Of a stretch of DNA of 64,000 nt, positions 25,145 to 36,505 are shown one piece after another. The translations under genes were made by a program, and so were the position numbers. The stretch comes from Magallana gigas (lineage: Eukaryota). Where the stretch lies: NCBI RefSeq assembly GCF_963853765.1, contig NC_088853.1, positions 23,498,001 through 23,562,000 on the forward strand, given 5' to 3'. The notes beneath the pieces are model-generated. The model worked only from the letters and a program-made list of their open reading frames with translations. It did no database searches and was not told the DNA's origin. Position 1 is the stretch's first letter. Each line of letters begins with the position of its first letter.

Positions 25145-25595
25145 TAGGTTCATGTATGTAGGGTGTTTCAAGGACAGCTAAGATCGAGTTTTTAAATCAG
25201 AGAAAATGTTTTCTTTTCCTATGGAAGACTTCAATGCTAGAATGTGTGCTCTACACTTGGCAATTTTAAATATTTCGGCATGGAAATGTGTATTTGTATA
25301 CTTTCTTCTTTGTTTTTTATAGGCGAATAAGCAAAACAGTCAAGGAAGCATGAAACCATTAATGCCTCAAAGTTATACACTCGTTTCCTTTTATCATATT
25401 GTCTATAATCCCCCCCCCCCTGTCTCTCTCTTATTAAAAGAATGTATTTTTGTATTTATTTAGTATGGATCTCAATGTTTTTGCGGACATCCTTTTTAAA
25501 AAAAATACTTGATAGCGAGTGTAATGACCCCTGCGATGTAAACATTGAAGACACGTGTGGTGCAGTTTGGGAAATAGATGTATATAATTACCTCT
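25145..25595 (+). pseudogene. WSC-domain pseudogene, unit 1 (convergent with the PAN-WSC gene)
   Basis: First exon YVGCFKDS*DRVF...MCAL/GNFKYFGME; second exon (after AG at ~25463) YGSQCFCG/..DSECNDPCDVNIEDTCGAVWEIDVY. Contains a stop and frameshifts. Confidence 0.75.
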
Positions 25596-26104
25596 AACAA
25601 AACCAATAGTTTTGAAACGAGGATGGAACCTAACAGAACTAAGATGCTGTATCATATGATTTAATATGACGCAAAGTTGAAAATATAATAACTGTATTTA
25701 TAGCAAACATCAGTTGTAGCATTTTCAAATTTGGGACCCTTGGCTCTCCTCTACTTGTTACCTAACATTAGGAGCGATGTAAAACAATTGCAATGGTTAC
25801 ACTATTCTATCTGGTCACTTCCATAACCCGAGGAGTTATACTTGGAAAATAAAATGAATAGTAAACAATATAGTAATGAGGTATAGCATTCAAGCGAAAG
25901 ATTCTTTCAGAAAACATGGGAACATGAAAATACATTTCATTTCCTTCCAATAAAAGCAAAATTGAAATAACAATTTACATCTCAAAGTAGTCATGTACGT
26001 AAGATCAAATTGTATAGCACTGACTGGTACTAATTTACATATTGATTTTAATGACACAATAGTATTCGAATCAAGGTGATGATGTTTTCAGCATATTTAA
26101 TTAT

Positions 26105-26595
26105 ATGGGCATGGTCACGATTTTGGTCAAATTTTATTTTTCTGTTTTATTATCTGCAATGCCTAAATAATGCATTTCTAATGATCATATCAAATTTGGG
26201 TTCCAATCGTTGAGTTTTAAGCAAGATACAGGGCTTACAATTCTTCGTCATGTAAACAAGGCTCGCGCCCTGTTTTTGTTTACATAGGTTCAATATACCA
26301 GTAACAAATCTGTTTAAAGCTGGTTTGAATATCTTATTATTCATTTAAAGCATAAATAAACAGTTCCTAACGATTAACACATTTATTTTAGGTCTAAAAC
26401 TAGAATTTTAACTTCAACATTCGAAATGTAAACAAACCCTTTGTTTACATATCGAAGAATTGTAAGCTTTGTAACTCGCTTATATCTAATCAAATGACAC
26501 TCAAATTTTGGTTGCCTATAACAATGCCTTACTAAAGCATTGTAAACATTAAAATTGAAAAAATAATTTTTGACCAAAATCGTGACCATGCCCTT
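26105..26595. mobile_element. Kolobok-type MITE (copy at ~45917-46408)
   Basis: TIR gggcatggtcacgattttggtcaaa / tttgaccaaaatcgtgaccatgccc; TTAA on the right side. Confidence 0.75.
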
Positions 26596-28639
26596 TTAAA
26601 AAGGTGTTTTAGTGCATCATTTATTTTTTTATTATGAAATGAATATTTTCCTATTCAGATTGCTAATTTATCTAACAAATATCTACAAATAAAACAAACA
26701 CTTCGTGGGTATCAAAATAAAAGTTTTTATTAGGAATAAAATAATTCCAGGTATACAATGAAAACATGACAATAACAAACTAAGAAATCAACAAACCCTA
26801 ATGTCTCAAAGAGGATTTTCACAAAAGTATAAGTATTCATTGATTTTATGTAAAACTAATTTAAAAAGCCGTCAATGATTCACTTCAACACGAGAGATTT
26901 AATAACCATGTCGTATATCACAACCCTATTATAAGGACTTGATAACAATGTCAAAAATACATAAAGTTATGGGCACTTTTTCTTTCAGTACACAATAACT
27001 TAGATAATTTAGATTGTACGTCAATTTACATTCATTTCAACTCTACAAAAACATTCACAGAAACGTGTATAAATAAAACATTGCTGAAACTACAAAAATG
27101 TTATACCTTAAGTTAGGTAATCTTTATTGTATTAAACGTGCAAGAAAAACATTATTTTAACCCAAGGCTTTGATTTACATACAGAAGAATGTTCTAAAGT
27201 CTAAATACTATAAAAAAAAATATTTTAATTTAAAAAGTACAAAAGATGATAAAATACAACATTTCGTTCATAAAGCTTTACGAAATAGATAAGAGATGTG
27301 CATTTTTTTGTACTAAAAATTCGAAACATTACATAAAAAACTAGTTTCTAATACCGTCAACAACGAATAAGTTTGACGTACTTACCCTATCTATGAATAT
27401 ACACTATAAGTTATACATGAATTATATACACTTTGTTTTTTTTAATCTACTGTGTAAAAAAAGTAACATAAACAAAAAATTGAAATGTTGTCAAAAACAT
27501 TCAAACGTAATTTACAAAAAAATGTTTCTTGTACTGAAAAAAAAACAATCTTGATTTGATACAGTGTACCATTGTTACATCAGCAAACCTGCAAGCTATC
27601 TAAGGTTTTTTTTTTGTTTAGTGCGTGTGAATTTAGTAAAGTTACTTATCGTTGCTTGCATGAATTTTTACATATAGCAGCAAACAAATATTGAAGGTGT
27701 TGCAACCTCGCAATTAGTCCTAGCCTAGAAATCATCCCTTCCATTGCCCCATCATCTCCTTTACGGTGATTTTTGAAATGATCAGTCTGAATTATATATG
27801 AGTTTGTCTTTAACAAGAGCTTGAAATCCTGGCGAAGGGTCAGTGAGGACAGCAATTGTGTCAATAGAAAGAGGAGATAAATATACAAAAAATGATGAAA
27901 TTCTTTAAAGTGTTTGCGCCATAATTATTTTTTACGATGAAAAAAATGAGGCCACATTTGCTTAAAACCTTCATGATCTTAATTGTCAGGGTACATTACA
28001 TCAGCTGCAAACAAGACTCCATAGTGACTTAGGGTTTTATATAAGTTTCTTACGCAGCTATGCCACGCATCACCAATTTTCTTTATGTTTTAATTCATAG
28101 ATACACCTGTGTGTAATGAACAAAAAGACACCAACATTAGGCTGCTGGCGAGAACTGTTACCATAGTTACCGATAATAATAACGACAAATTGCAAAATAT
28201 AAATACTTTGAAGACGTATGATATGGTAATGCCCACTTATATAAAGTATGAAAGACCTGAAACAAACTTTTTATAGTGTCAAATTTCATTTTATAGAAGA
28301 AAATTATACGAGCTATTACCTTTTAAATGTTATTTTTGAAACAGCTAGAATCATATAAATGAATATGTAACTATTAAATTTTTACGTCCTTATCGATTTC
28401 AAAGCAATAAACATTTTTAATACGAACATTGAAACCTGTTGCTATGGTAACATTTCTTATAAATAGAAATACATGAAAACACAACTGAACTGTTTTGTAA
28501 CTACTTATTCATATCTGCCTTGGTTCCTTGATATACCTCAATATCTTGTTATGCGACACGGAGGTATCGCCACTCTAAAATTGATGTAGCATTGAAAATC
28601 ATACACCAACATTTCATTCAATGTATGTAAGTAATTTCT

Positions 28640-28783
28640 TTATATATATGTAAAGATGTACAACCTTGATTTACCACCACACAACTCATTACTGTTCCCA
28701 CGACAGGGCGTATTGCAGTCTCCATCCGGCGCAGAAGTAGGTGGATTCAGAATTTCATTTCCGCAAAAGCAAAATTCACCATA
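28640..28783 (-). CDS. Gene 1 exon 5: WSC domain, C-terminal half and stop
   Basis: YGEFCFCGN...DGDCNTPCRGNSNELCGGKSRLYIFTYI*. Confidence 0.85.
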   Translation of the reverse strand, partial: YGEFCFCGNEILNPPTSAPDGDCNTPCRGNSNELCGGKSRLYIFTYI

Positions 28784-31700
28784 CTGAAAAACACATCATC
28801 GTAAACTTGCACTTTTGGATATGAATATATGATGTGTCCAACAAAAACGACCATTTAAAAAAAAAGTTTGTACAGTATTGTTGTAAAACATATTTTTCAT
28901 ATTATTAATATGCATGTATATAAGCAAAGTTCTTTTTTGTATCAAATGACATAACAAATTATGAATGATAATCTTTTCGTTTGTCCACTCTCTAAACTTG
29001 TTATTTTCTACCCAATATTATTTTTCTGAAGAAGTTGTAATATTCATATCAAATATGCAATGTACATACAGAATAATGCTTTAAGTATTTGGACAAAATG
29101 GCGGCTCCTTTACATTTGCGACAGAATAAGGTAAAATTTCTTTCATCCAGTTTTCATATTTAAAATATCTTTAGAACTAAAACTTACTAATTTCTTTGTA
29201 AGATTTATTTAAACAATATTTTATTATGTAAAAAAAATATAACATAATATGATTTGGCAGCAGGCAATCTGCCTATTTGAGCCCTCTCCTTTGTTTGTTT
29301 TCTTTGTAAGATGACTTTTTAGTCAAAAGACATTTTGTAAACGTCGAGAATTTGCCTGTTACAGGCTAAATACATACAATGGTTTAATTTTAGTCCAGAA
29401 GAGCTGGATTTCACAAATATAATCTTCCTTGGTCTCTATTCTACTAGCTCTTCCTTGATGTTTTCTTTTGATTAGAAGCCAAATATTTTCGATGATGCTG
29501 ATGTCAGGGCTCTTTGCCTGCCAGCTCATTCGTCTTAGGTTATTGCTATGTTAGCTTCACACTATTTTTAAACCCTAGGGCAAGGAAAACTACTTCACTA
29601 TAAGCGTCGATTTATTATGAGCGTGTTGGCTATAATCGTGTTTTATACTGTAAATAATCCTGGGTGGAAAGCTCACGACGTACCGGATCATATCGTATTG
29701 AAAAACTTCTATTTTGGAAAATGATTGGCTAAAACAGGGTACAAATTGTCATCTAATATCTTTTGATATTGCAAACATTAATGTTACCGTCAACTCATAT
29801 ATAGGGCCGACACCTTGCCATGTGAGACACCCCCTAGTCATCACTTTGTAACAGGGCTATGCCTTTTGTGCTTCCAACAAATCGGGTCCTTAGCCATTGG
29901 CTCCCGCATGAAAATCCTTTACAGTAAGCCTTTGCTTTTACGGCATCAAGACAAACGTTTTGACTATTACTACTACTACGCTTTTTCAAACTCCCAGCTG
30001 TAGATCTTAGTATATGCAAGGCATTTGACATGGCAATGGTTTTACCCGCCTCCAAAGATTTCTGAGTGATTTCTTTTACCAACTTTTTTACTTCTTTTCC
30101 GCTGCGACAATTTTTTTTACGATGACCGAGGTTTGTTTACAAAAGCAGATGACATTAAAACTCGTGATATTTAAAATGACATTGTTGCAATGTAACACTA
30201 ATAAATGCGTTGTAAACATGCCGCCGTTTCGTCCAAATACTAGTACATATTGCATCAGACTTTATTTCCTAAGACTATACAAACCCGCAGGCCGTAATAT
30301 TTAAAGTTGTTTTGGTGTCGGAGTAAACAATAGTCTTCACATTCATGTTCTCCATTAGGCTTAATACTATATTGTCCAAATTCTAGAACATCCTGATTGT
30401 AATCGTATTTAAAACATCCCAATTTTTCTAAATGGAAAAAAAAAGTTTCAATTGAATCATGTACATGTACTTATACATGTATATTTCTAAATAGTCTTGG
30501 AAAAGAGAATGTTGCTTTTACGATCACATATCTTTGATGAAATAACTCTTCATTATGTGTATGTTTTTTGCATTGTTTTTAAATTGAATTTTTGTTAAGT
30601 TTTTTTTTTTTGGTGGAGTTGGGAGGAAGGGTTAATCAATTAAAAGATTGTTGACTCTTGACCGAAATTTGAATGCTTATAAGTTTCTATTTCTAAAAAA
30701 AATTATATACACACAATTACCTATGATAATATATTTCTTTAATAAATTTTTATTTCCCAGTAAGCTTTCAATATGATTTGGAATTTTTTTTCTACTTAAA
30801 AATTATGTTTCAGAAACTGAAAGAAAGTGAAAGGCATGATTGTAAAAGGTATGCCTTACAACCCTTCGAGAAAAGAAAAGAAGGGATACCGTTAAAACAT
30901 CTGCAATGGAATGGAGGATATTAATATATCCTTTTAGGGAATTTAAAGAATAGTTCCAGAACAATAATCATTTATAAAGCAACTGTTAAACATCGATTTT
31001 TTAACGATACGATTTGATTTTTCCCCCTAAATACAATTTATACTTCTTAGTGTTAGCATAGGTTTAATGTGTTGGAAAGTCAGCTTGTCACGTTATCTTA
31101 CGTTTCATTGTGCACTTCAAATTTGTCTTCCAAGATCCATCAGGGCAACAGACAAAACGCTCAGAACCTTGAGGCTTGTATCCGGCAGAACAGGTAATAT
31201 GAATTCCTCTTTCTAATCCAATGGCATCCCATTCCCTAACCTTTTCCATCGAGAAACGTTCATTTGAAGGTATACCACAATCTGTTAATTAAAAATGAAA
31301 CATCAATTTTCGGTTATTAATATAAGTTCTTTTTTGGATGCGTGAAATAAATGCTATAAAAAGATCTTACCAAATATTGAGGGATGTCTAAAATAGCCGA
31401 CAATTGAGATGTTATCATAATAAAGAGTTTATAGAAATAAAGGTGATGTCCGTTTAGTGCCCTGCACCAAGTTTCTTTTTATACGTACATCTAATAAAAA
31501 GATCCTTATAAGTGTCTATTAATTTATCTACATTATTAAATATTTTGATTGAAAAAAAAAAATGTGAGATTTAACGTGATTGTCTCTTTCACCGTTATTT
31601 GTGACACAAAAAATATATGAAAATGAAGAACCTGAAATGACACAGCTGAACTGTCCAAAAGGTTTTGGAATGCACTTTTCATTCATGGAACAGTTTGACA

Positions 31701-34700
31701 TCGAACATGCTCCTGCAATGGTCTGGAAAAATATAAATGCTACAGTGGTTTTCCCAGTATTCGTAAAACTCTAAGGCTTTTGGATTTAAGTATTGAGTAT
31801 GCCAAAAATTACTATACATTGCTGTGCAATTTCTTGTTAACGAATTTATATTTTAAAGACCAATGGCCAAGAATATGTGTATTTTTTTTTAAATCTTTCT
31901 TTTACACAAAATTTACGAAATTTTGGGCATGATTAAATATGAAATTACAGATTTACTGTAAAAAAAATATAATAATAAGTGATTAAACATTTGAATAATA
32001 ATGCTGCCTTTTTGGTTCTCTCGAACATGAGCATTTGCTTCCTTTTTGTAGCATATACACAATTTAATACAATTTTATTTTCAGAACATTTTATTTAAAA
32101 ATCATACCAAATCAACAGGCGTAATCTATTTAACTCCTAACTGCACAACATAAAACTTTATTTAAGCGTTATAAAAATTAATTTGTTTGCTCTTTTTTTG
32201 TTTGTGCTGGAATACAGTGTATGAGCGGTTTATTCCCACTTATCAAACATTCTGAAATTCTCAATTCCCACTTGACCAACATTTTGATTTTCACACCTTA
32301 GAGATCAGGAGACCACTGTTTTTTGATAATATTCTTTTAAATATACCAACACATTTTTAATAATTCTCAATTATCTCCCTTTGATAAAGGGCGTGACCCT
32401 TCATTTTTAGACGGGGTCACGTGACCCCGTCTTTTAGTTTACTGTCAGCCAAAGTCTAAAACTAGAAGGCACGCGTAGAACACATGAATTGAGTTTACGC
32501 GTAAGAAAATAGTGCAGAAAGTTTTCATGCATATCAGTAAATATATATTATAAAAACATGCATAAATCTTTCAAACGCAATGTACCATTTTTAAAAAGTT
32601 GTGAATTTTATTTTGATAATCTTTCACATGAATACCACCAAGCTTCATGCGCAAACCGAAGTTAAAAATTAGGACGGATTTTACACATATGTCTTACATA
32701 TTAACTAGGCGTTTCATTGGCTTCCAGTCTACCTGCGGTATGACTGCTGTTCGTTTCTAACGGAATCTTGTACATAGAAAATAAAAACAAGTCTGAATTT
32801 GCCTTCTTGTTCATTGGTTCTTTAATCAATTAAACTGAATTAAAATTTTGAACAAGCAAAATCTATATACTGTGGTTTCATCAATATTCGTTGAATACCA
32901 ATTTTCGTGGATTTCGTTATTAAAGGGAATTTGACACGATTTGACTTAAAATTTTCAAATTTTATTTTTCCATTTTCAATGTTTATACTCATAAATATAG
33001 ATGTTTGTAATGCTATGTCAAAATTTGAAACTCAAATATTAAGTTATAAGCAAGATACAGAGTTCATAATTCTTTGTTTTGTAAACAAAGCTCGAGTATT
33101 GTCATTTTTTACATATTCGTTTTATTGGTATCAATTTTAATCAAATGTAACTTTCTTTTGTTGATAATAGTATTTAAAAAGATATTGAATAAACAGGAAA
33201 AGTAATACAGTTCTTTCCAAAATATACCAATACTTCGATTGAAATAAATAAATATCTTCCAAGATCGAATTTTGAAGACAGAAAACAATTTAATTATTGC
33301 GCCAAAATGCACGAACTAATGTGCGGGGTATTTAATCTGAAAAATAATCAGACATATACAAACACTTCTGACACCATTGTTGAGACGGTATATATTTGTC
33401 AATGATACTCACAAATATGAGTTATGAGTTGTTAAAAACCTCTAAAGTCTGACGGATAAAATCTACGTCCAACTCGGGCAAGGTACAGGTAACAACTGAA
33501 CTTTGTTTACAATGGATATATATTTATGTTGTTATTAATGGAATTCCGAACCCGATGGTAATATTCACTACATTAATTCAAATTGTTTTTTACCTGTCAT
33601 TTTTTCTAAGAAATGGTAATTCTCTACATTACATTTTTTGTAAACAACTATAAGACTCGAGCTTTGTTTACATAACTATCAATAATTACCTCTGTATCTC
33701 CCTTGTAACTTGACTTTAACATTTAATATTTTGGTCAATCATTTAAAATGCACCAATAAACCATTTTATACATAAAAAATAAAAATAAAATTGTTGATCT
33801 TAAATCGTGTCCAAGTCCCTTTAAGTTGATCCACGAAATTAAGTGTTAATTGAAGTACAATTTCTATTAACATTTTGTATTGATAGGGTCACTGGCCACG
33901 AATTTTGAAACTGTGATTTTCACTTAATCCACGAAAAATGATACCTCTGATTATTAATGAAACCACAGTAGATTATTCATTTTGGGTGATCAATACATCA
34001 AATAAACCATTACCATTACTTTGTGAAAATGTTGTATATGTTTCATGAATAAAACATGCTTAAACATATTTACAGGTCTGTGTTCTCTATCAGGTTCAAA
34101 TTTAATGGCTTATACAAGATTGCTGTAACAGTTGCATTTGTAGTTCTCAAAGTAAGGTTGATCCCGTAACATTTACACGCTAATGGCGGAGTTGCCAATC
34201 TTTGTTATTTATGTCTCTGAGTATGGTTTTTAATGAACGGAAAGGTTGTGTCGTAATTCGTGTAGGTGATGCACGAGTTTACACCAAAAAGTAGTAAGTG
34301 GCGAACGGATTTATTTTTACCTATTAATTTTGCATGAATCGCTGCAAGAAAATCGTGTCAGATAAGTCGGTCTAAAAAATCAAAATGGCGACCGTGACAA
34401 ACCTTTTTGTTGTTAGAGTACTTGGAATCTTACTGTAAAAAGAAATATTTCTAACGTCAGGTGCCTGTGTTTGTTATCGGTATACAAATATTAACTTTGC
34501 TTATTAATTCAGCAGTTTGAGAGTTTTCGGTGTTTTCATATGCCTTGTATAACGGATACCGTCCGACTTGTGGATTTTCTCTTGGATCACAAAATTGAAT
34601 AAATCTAGTGATTTAAATTATTTCCTTGATATAGTTATTTTGATTTTCCCGGTTTGTAGTAATTTTTTAAATGTTTCCTTTGGGTCTTATTTTACATAAA

Positions 34701-35594
34701 ATACCGTTGTGTCAATTTTCTACAATTATGAAGGCTGGGATATAGTAAAATTTAGACAAAGTATCAGACAACTGCAAAAGCCAATTTAACGTAGATTGAA
34801 ACAACTAATTTGGAAGCTGTTCGAGAAAATCAAGGACAAATACAAATTCAAACTTTCAAGACCCCGTCTTTCAGTACTCTCAGTACTTTGATAACAAACT
34901 TGAATTCCCTTCACCTAAGGATGCTTTGTCAAATATTGGTTGAAATTGGCTAGGTGTTTCTGGAGAAAAAGTCAAAAATGTAAAAAGTTTACAGGACTGA
35001 CAGACAGAGAGACAGACGGACTCTATGCAAAAAGCAATCAAAAAAGCTAGCGTATGGGATAAACTTTAAACGAATCTGTTCTGATATTTTATACAATGAT
35101 ATGAGTTTTCTTTAACTAAGAAAGGTATTATAAAAAATGCTGTTGTAATTTTCGTAGAAGTAACAAGGCGATACAGTATATTAATTTTTATAAAAGAAAC
35201 CTGATGTTATTCATATGTTATATTAATCAATGATATAAATAGACCTGAATCCTTCTATAATACTTACCGTGTCCCAGTCCTCTATATCACTGTAAATCCA
35301 GCCAGACTTTTCTATAAAGAGATCAGGTACAGTTGTCCTGTTTTCAAAGTTGGTCTGACAGAAGTGGGCTCCCTGGCAGTAGTTAATGGATTGACATCGT
35401 GTTGTTCTCAGACAATCCTCCACACAGTCCAGAATACTGTATTTATGATACGACGTTATCATCCTTCTCTCCAGTTTGTGCCCGTACTTTAGCATCGAGT
35501 AGCCATGTCGAAGGTCAGCAAAACAGCGATTAATGAGCAAAAGTGCAAAACAAATCCTTAGACTTAGGCACAGATTATCGTAAAGAGGATGCAT
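28640..35594 (-). CDS. Gene 1: secreted PAN/Apple-EGF-like-Sushi(CCP)-WSC protein, 294 aa, 5 exons
   Basis: Exons 35268-35594, 31632-31722, 31102-31281, 30285-30427, 28640-28783 (327+91+180+143+144=885 nt). All introns are GT-AG with compatible phases 0,1,1,0, and the frame is open to TAA. Predicted signal peptide MHPL...CFA; no transmembrane segment. Confidence 0.85.
29067..30258 (-). mobile_element. Degenerate Tc1 element in intron 4 of gene 1
   Basis: TA-cagaataatgctttaagtatttggacaaaatggcggc pairs with gccgccgtttcgtccaaatact (30220). Minus-strand remnants: GCLTWQGVG..VDGNIN..ILDDNLYPVL and WQAKSPDISIIENIWLLIKRK. Confidence 0.75.
30285..30427 (-). CDS. Gene 1 exon 4: WSC domain, N-terminal half
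   Basis: LGCFKYDYNQDVL...ECEDYCLLRHQNNFKYYGLR; donor GTTTGT. Confidence 0.85.
31102..31281 (-). CDS. Gene 1 exon 3: Sushi/CCP domain
   Basis: DCGIP...ITCSAGYKPQGSERFVCCPDGSWKTNLKC; donor GTAAGA. Confidence 0.85.
31632..31722 (-). CDS. Gene 1 exon 2: four-Cys EGF-like module
   Basis: TIAGACSMSNCSMNEKCIPKPFGQFSCVIS; acceptor ttccAG, donor GTTCTT. Confidence 0.8.
32868..33970. mobile_element. Tc1/mariner-type MITE (host of a Kolobok insertion)
   Basis: TA-ctgtggtttcat ... atgaaaccacag-TA. Confidence 0.75.
32924..33820. mobile_element. Kolobok-type MITE
   Basis: TTAA target duplication (32920-32923 and 33821-33824); TIR agggaatttgacacgattt / aaatcgtgtccaagtccct. Same family as 56495-56994, opposite orientation. 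Confidence 0.8.
35268..35594 (-). CDS. Gene 1 exon 1: signal peptide + PAN/Apple domain
   Basis: SILDCVEDCLRTTRCQSINYCQGAHFCQTN; donor GTAAGT at 35267. Confidence 0.9.
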
Positions 35595-36359
35595 TTTTGA
35601 TAACTTGAAACAACGTATGTTGAATATTTCTTAAAAAGTTGCACCAAACGATAGCCTATAGATAGCATGTAAAACTATCGCCGTGTTTATACAGCATGTC
35701 TGGTGTTTATTGGCATTCGAAATAGCTTATCAAATTTAAGCTATAAAGTATAGAAGAATAAAATATTCATTATCTATATCAAATTGGATATTTGTAATAG
35801 TTACCACTGTGATACTTGATATAAAAATTTCAATAATTTAATAAAATCAATATATTCAAGCACTCTAACGTCATGTTTTAAAAGGTTATCAATCTAGAAA
35901 ACTTCAACGTTAATGCTTTATCGTAAAATTGCTTTTAAATAATAAAAAATGAAATTGAATGCCAATGTTCATAGATCTTGATCAATAGCTTGAAAACCTA
36001 GACAATCTTTTCATGATGTTTTGCTTGATGACTTGGTGTAATCACTTCGAGCGAAAGTGTGCCTTACACATGACGTTAATAAATAAAAAAAAAATAAAAT
36101 GCTACTTAGAACTTAGAAAATTTCTTGATTTGTTTACAGACTTTTCCAGTTTTTTCCCGATTACGACATAGAGAACACGGCGCTTGTGACCGGTCAGCAG
36201 AGTATGCTCACTTCTCCTTAGAACCTGATCCTACCTGTATCTTTTGGAAATCCCTTTTGCTCTGCTTTGAATTTGTATTTTGGATTTTTGAGATGGTTGA
36301 TGGTTTTTTATTGTCATTTTCTCATTTCTGTTTAATTTATTGCCATAATTTGTCATTTT

Positions 36360-36505
36360 TTGTCCGACGAAAGTGGGCTTCCTGAGGGTAGAGTTATCCT
36401 TACACAATCCTCCTCACTATCCAGAATGCTGTAGTTTATAAGTTAAATTATCACCCTTCTGTCCAGTTTGTGTCTGTACTGTAACATTGAGTAGCCATTC
36501 CGAAA
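36360..36505 (-). pseudogene. Heavily degraded PAN-exon copy, unit 2
   Basis: Homologue of 16293-16432. Confidence 0.7.

Larger units (their letters stand above)
32407..34892 (+). mobile_element. Non-autonomous Helentron (HINE/DINE-like) element in intron 1 of gene 1
   Basis: Perfect 24-bp palindrome agacggggtcacgtgaccccgtct (32409-32432); 3' subTIR gaccccgtct (34860-34869); then hairpin agtact-ctc-agtact. Inserted in a T-run of a Cg170-like repeat. Confidence 0.65.
15752..35834. repeat. Tandem segmental duplication, unit 1 (~20.1 kb)
   Basis: Collinear with 35835-55456. Anchor pairs: 17287/37358, 20620/40686, 21641/41744, 23901/43728, 28640/48477, 35268/54890. Confidence 0.95.

Noticed and set aside
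27646-28070. ORF with a hydrophobic N-terminus and a Cys-containing neighbour (homologue ~47540-47960)
   Set aside because: Frames are not conserved between units, there is no valid splice donor, and no domain is recognisable. It may be an old pseudogene but cannot be supported.
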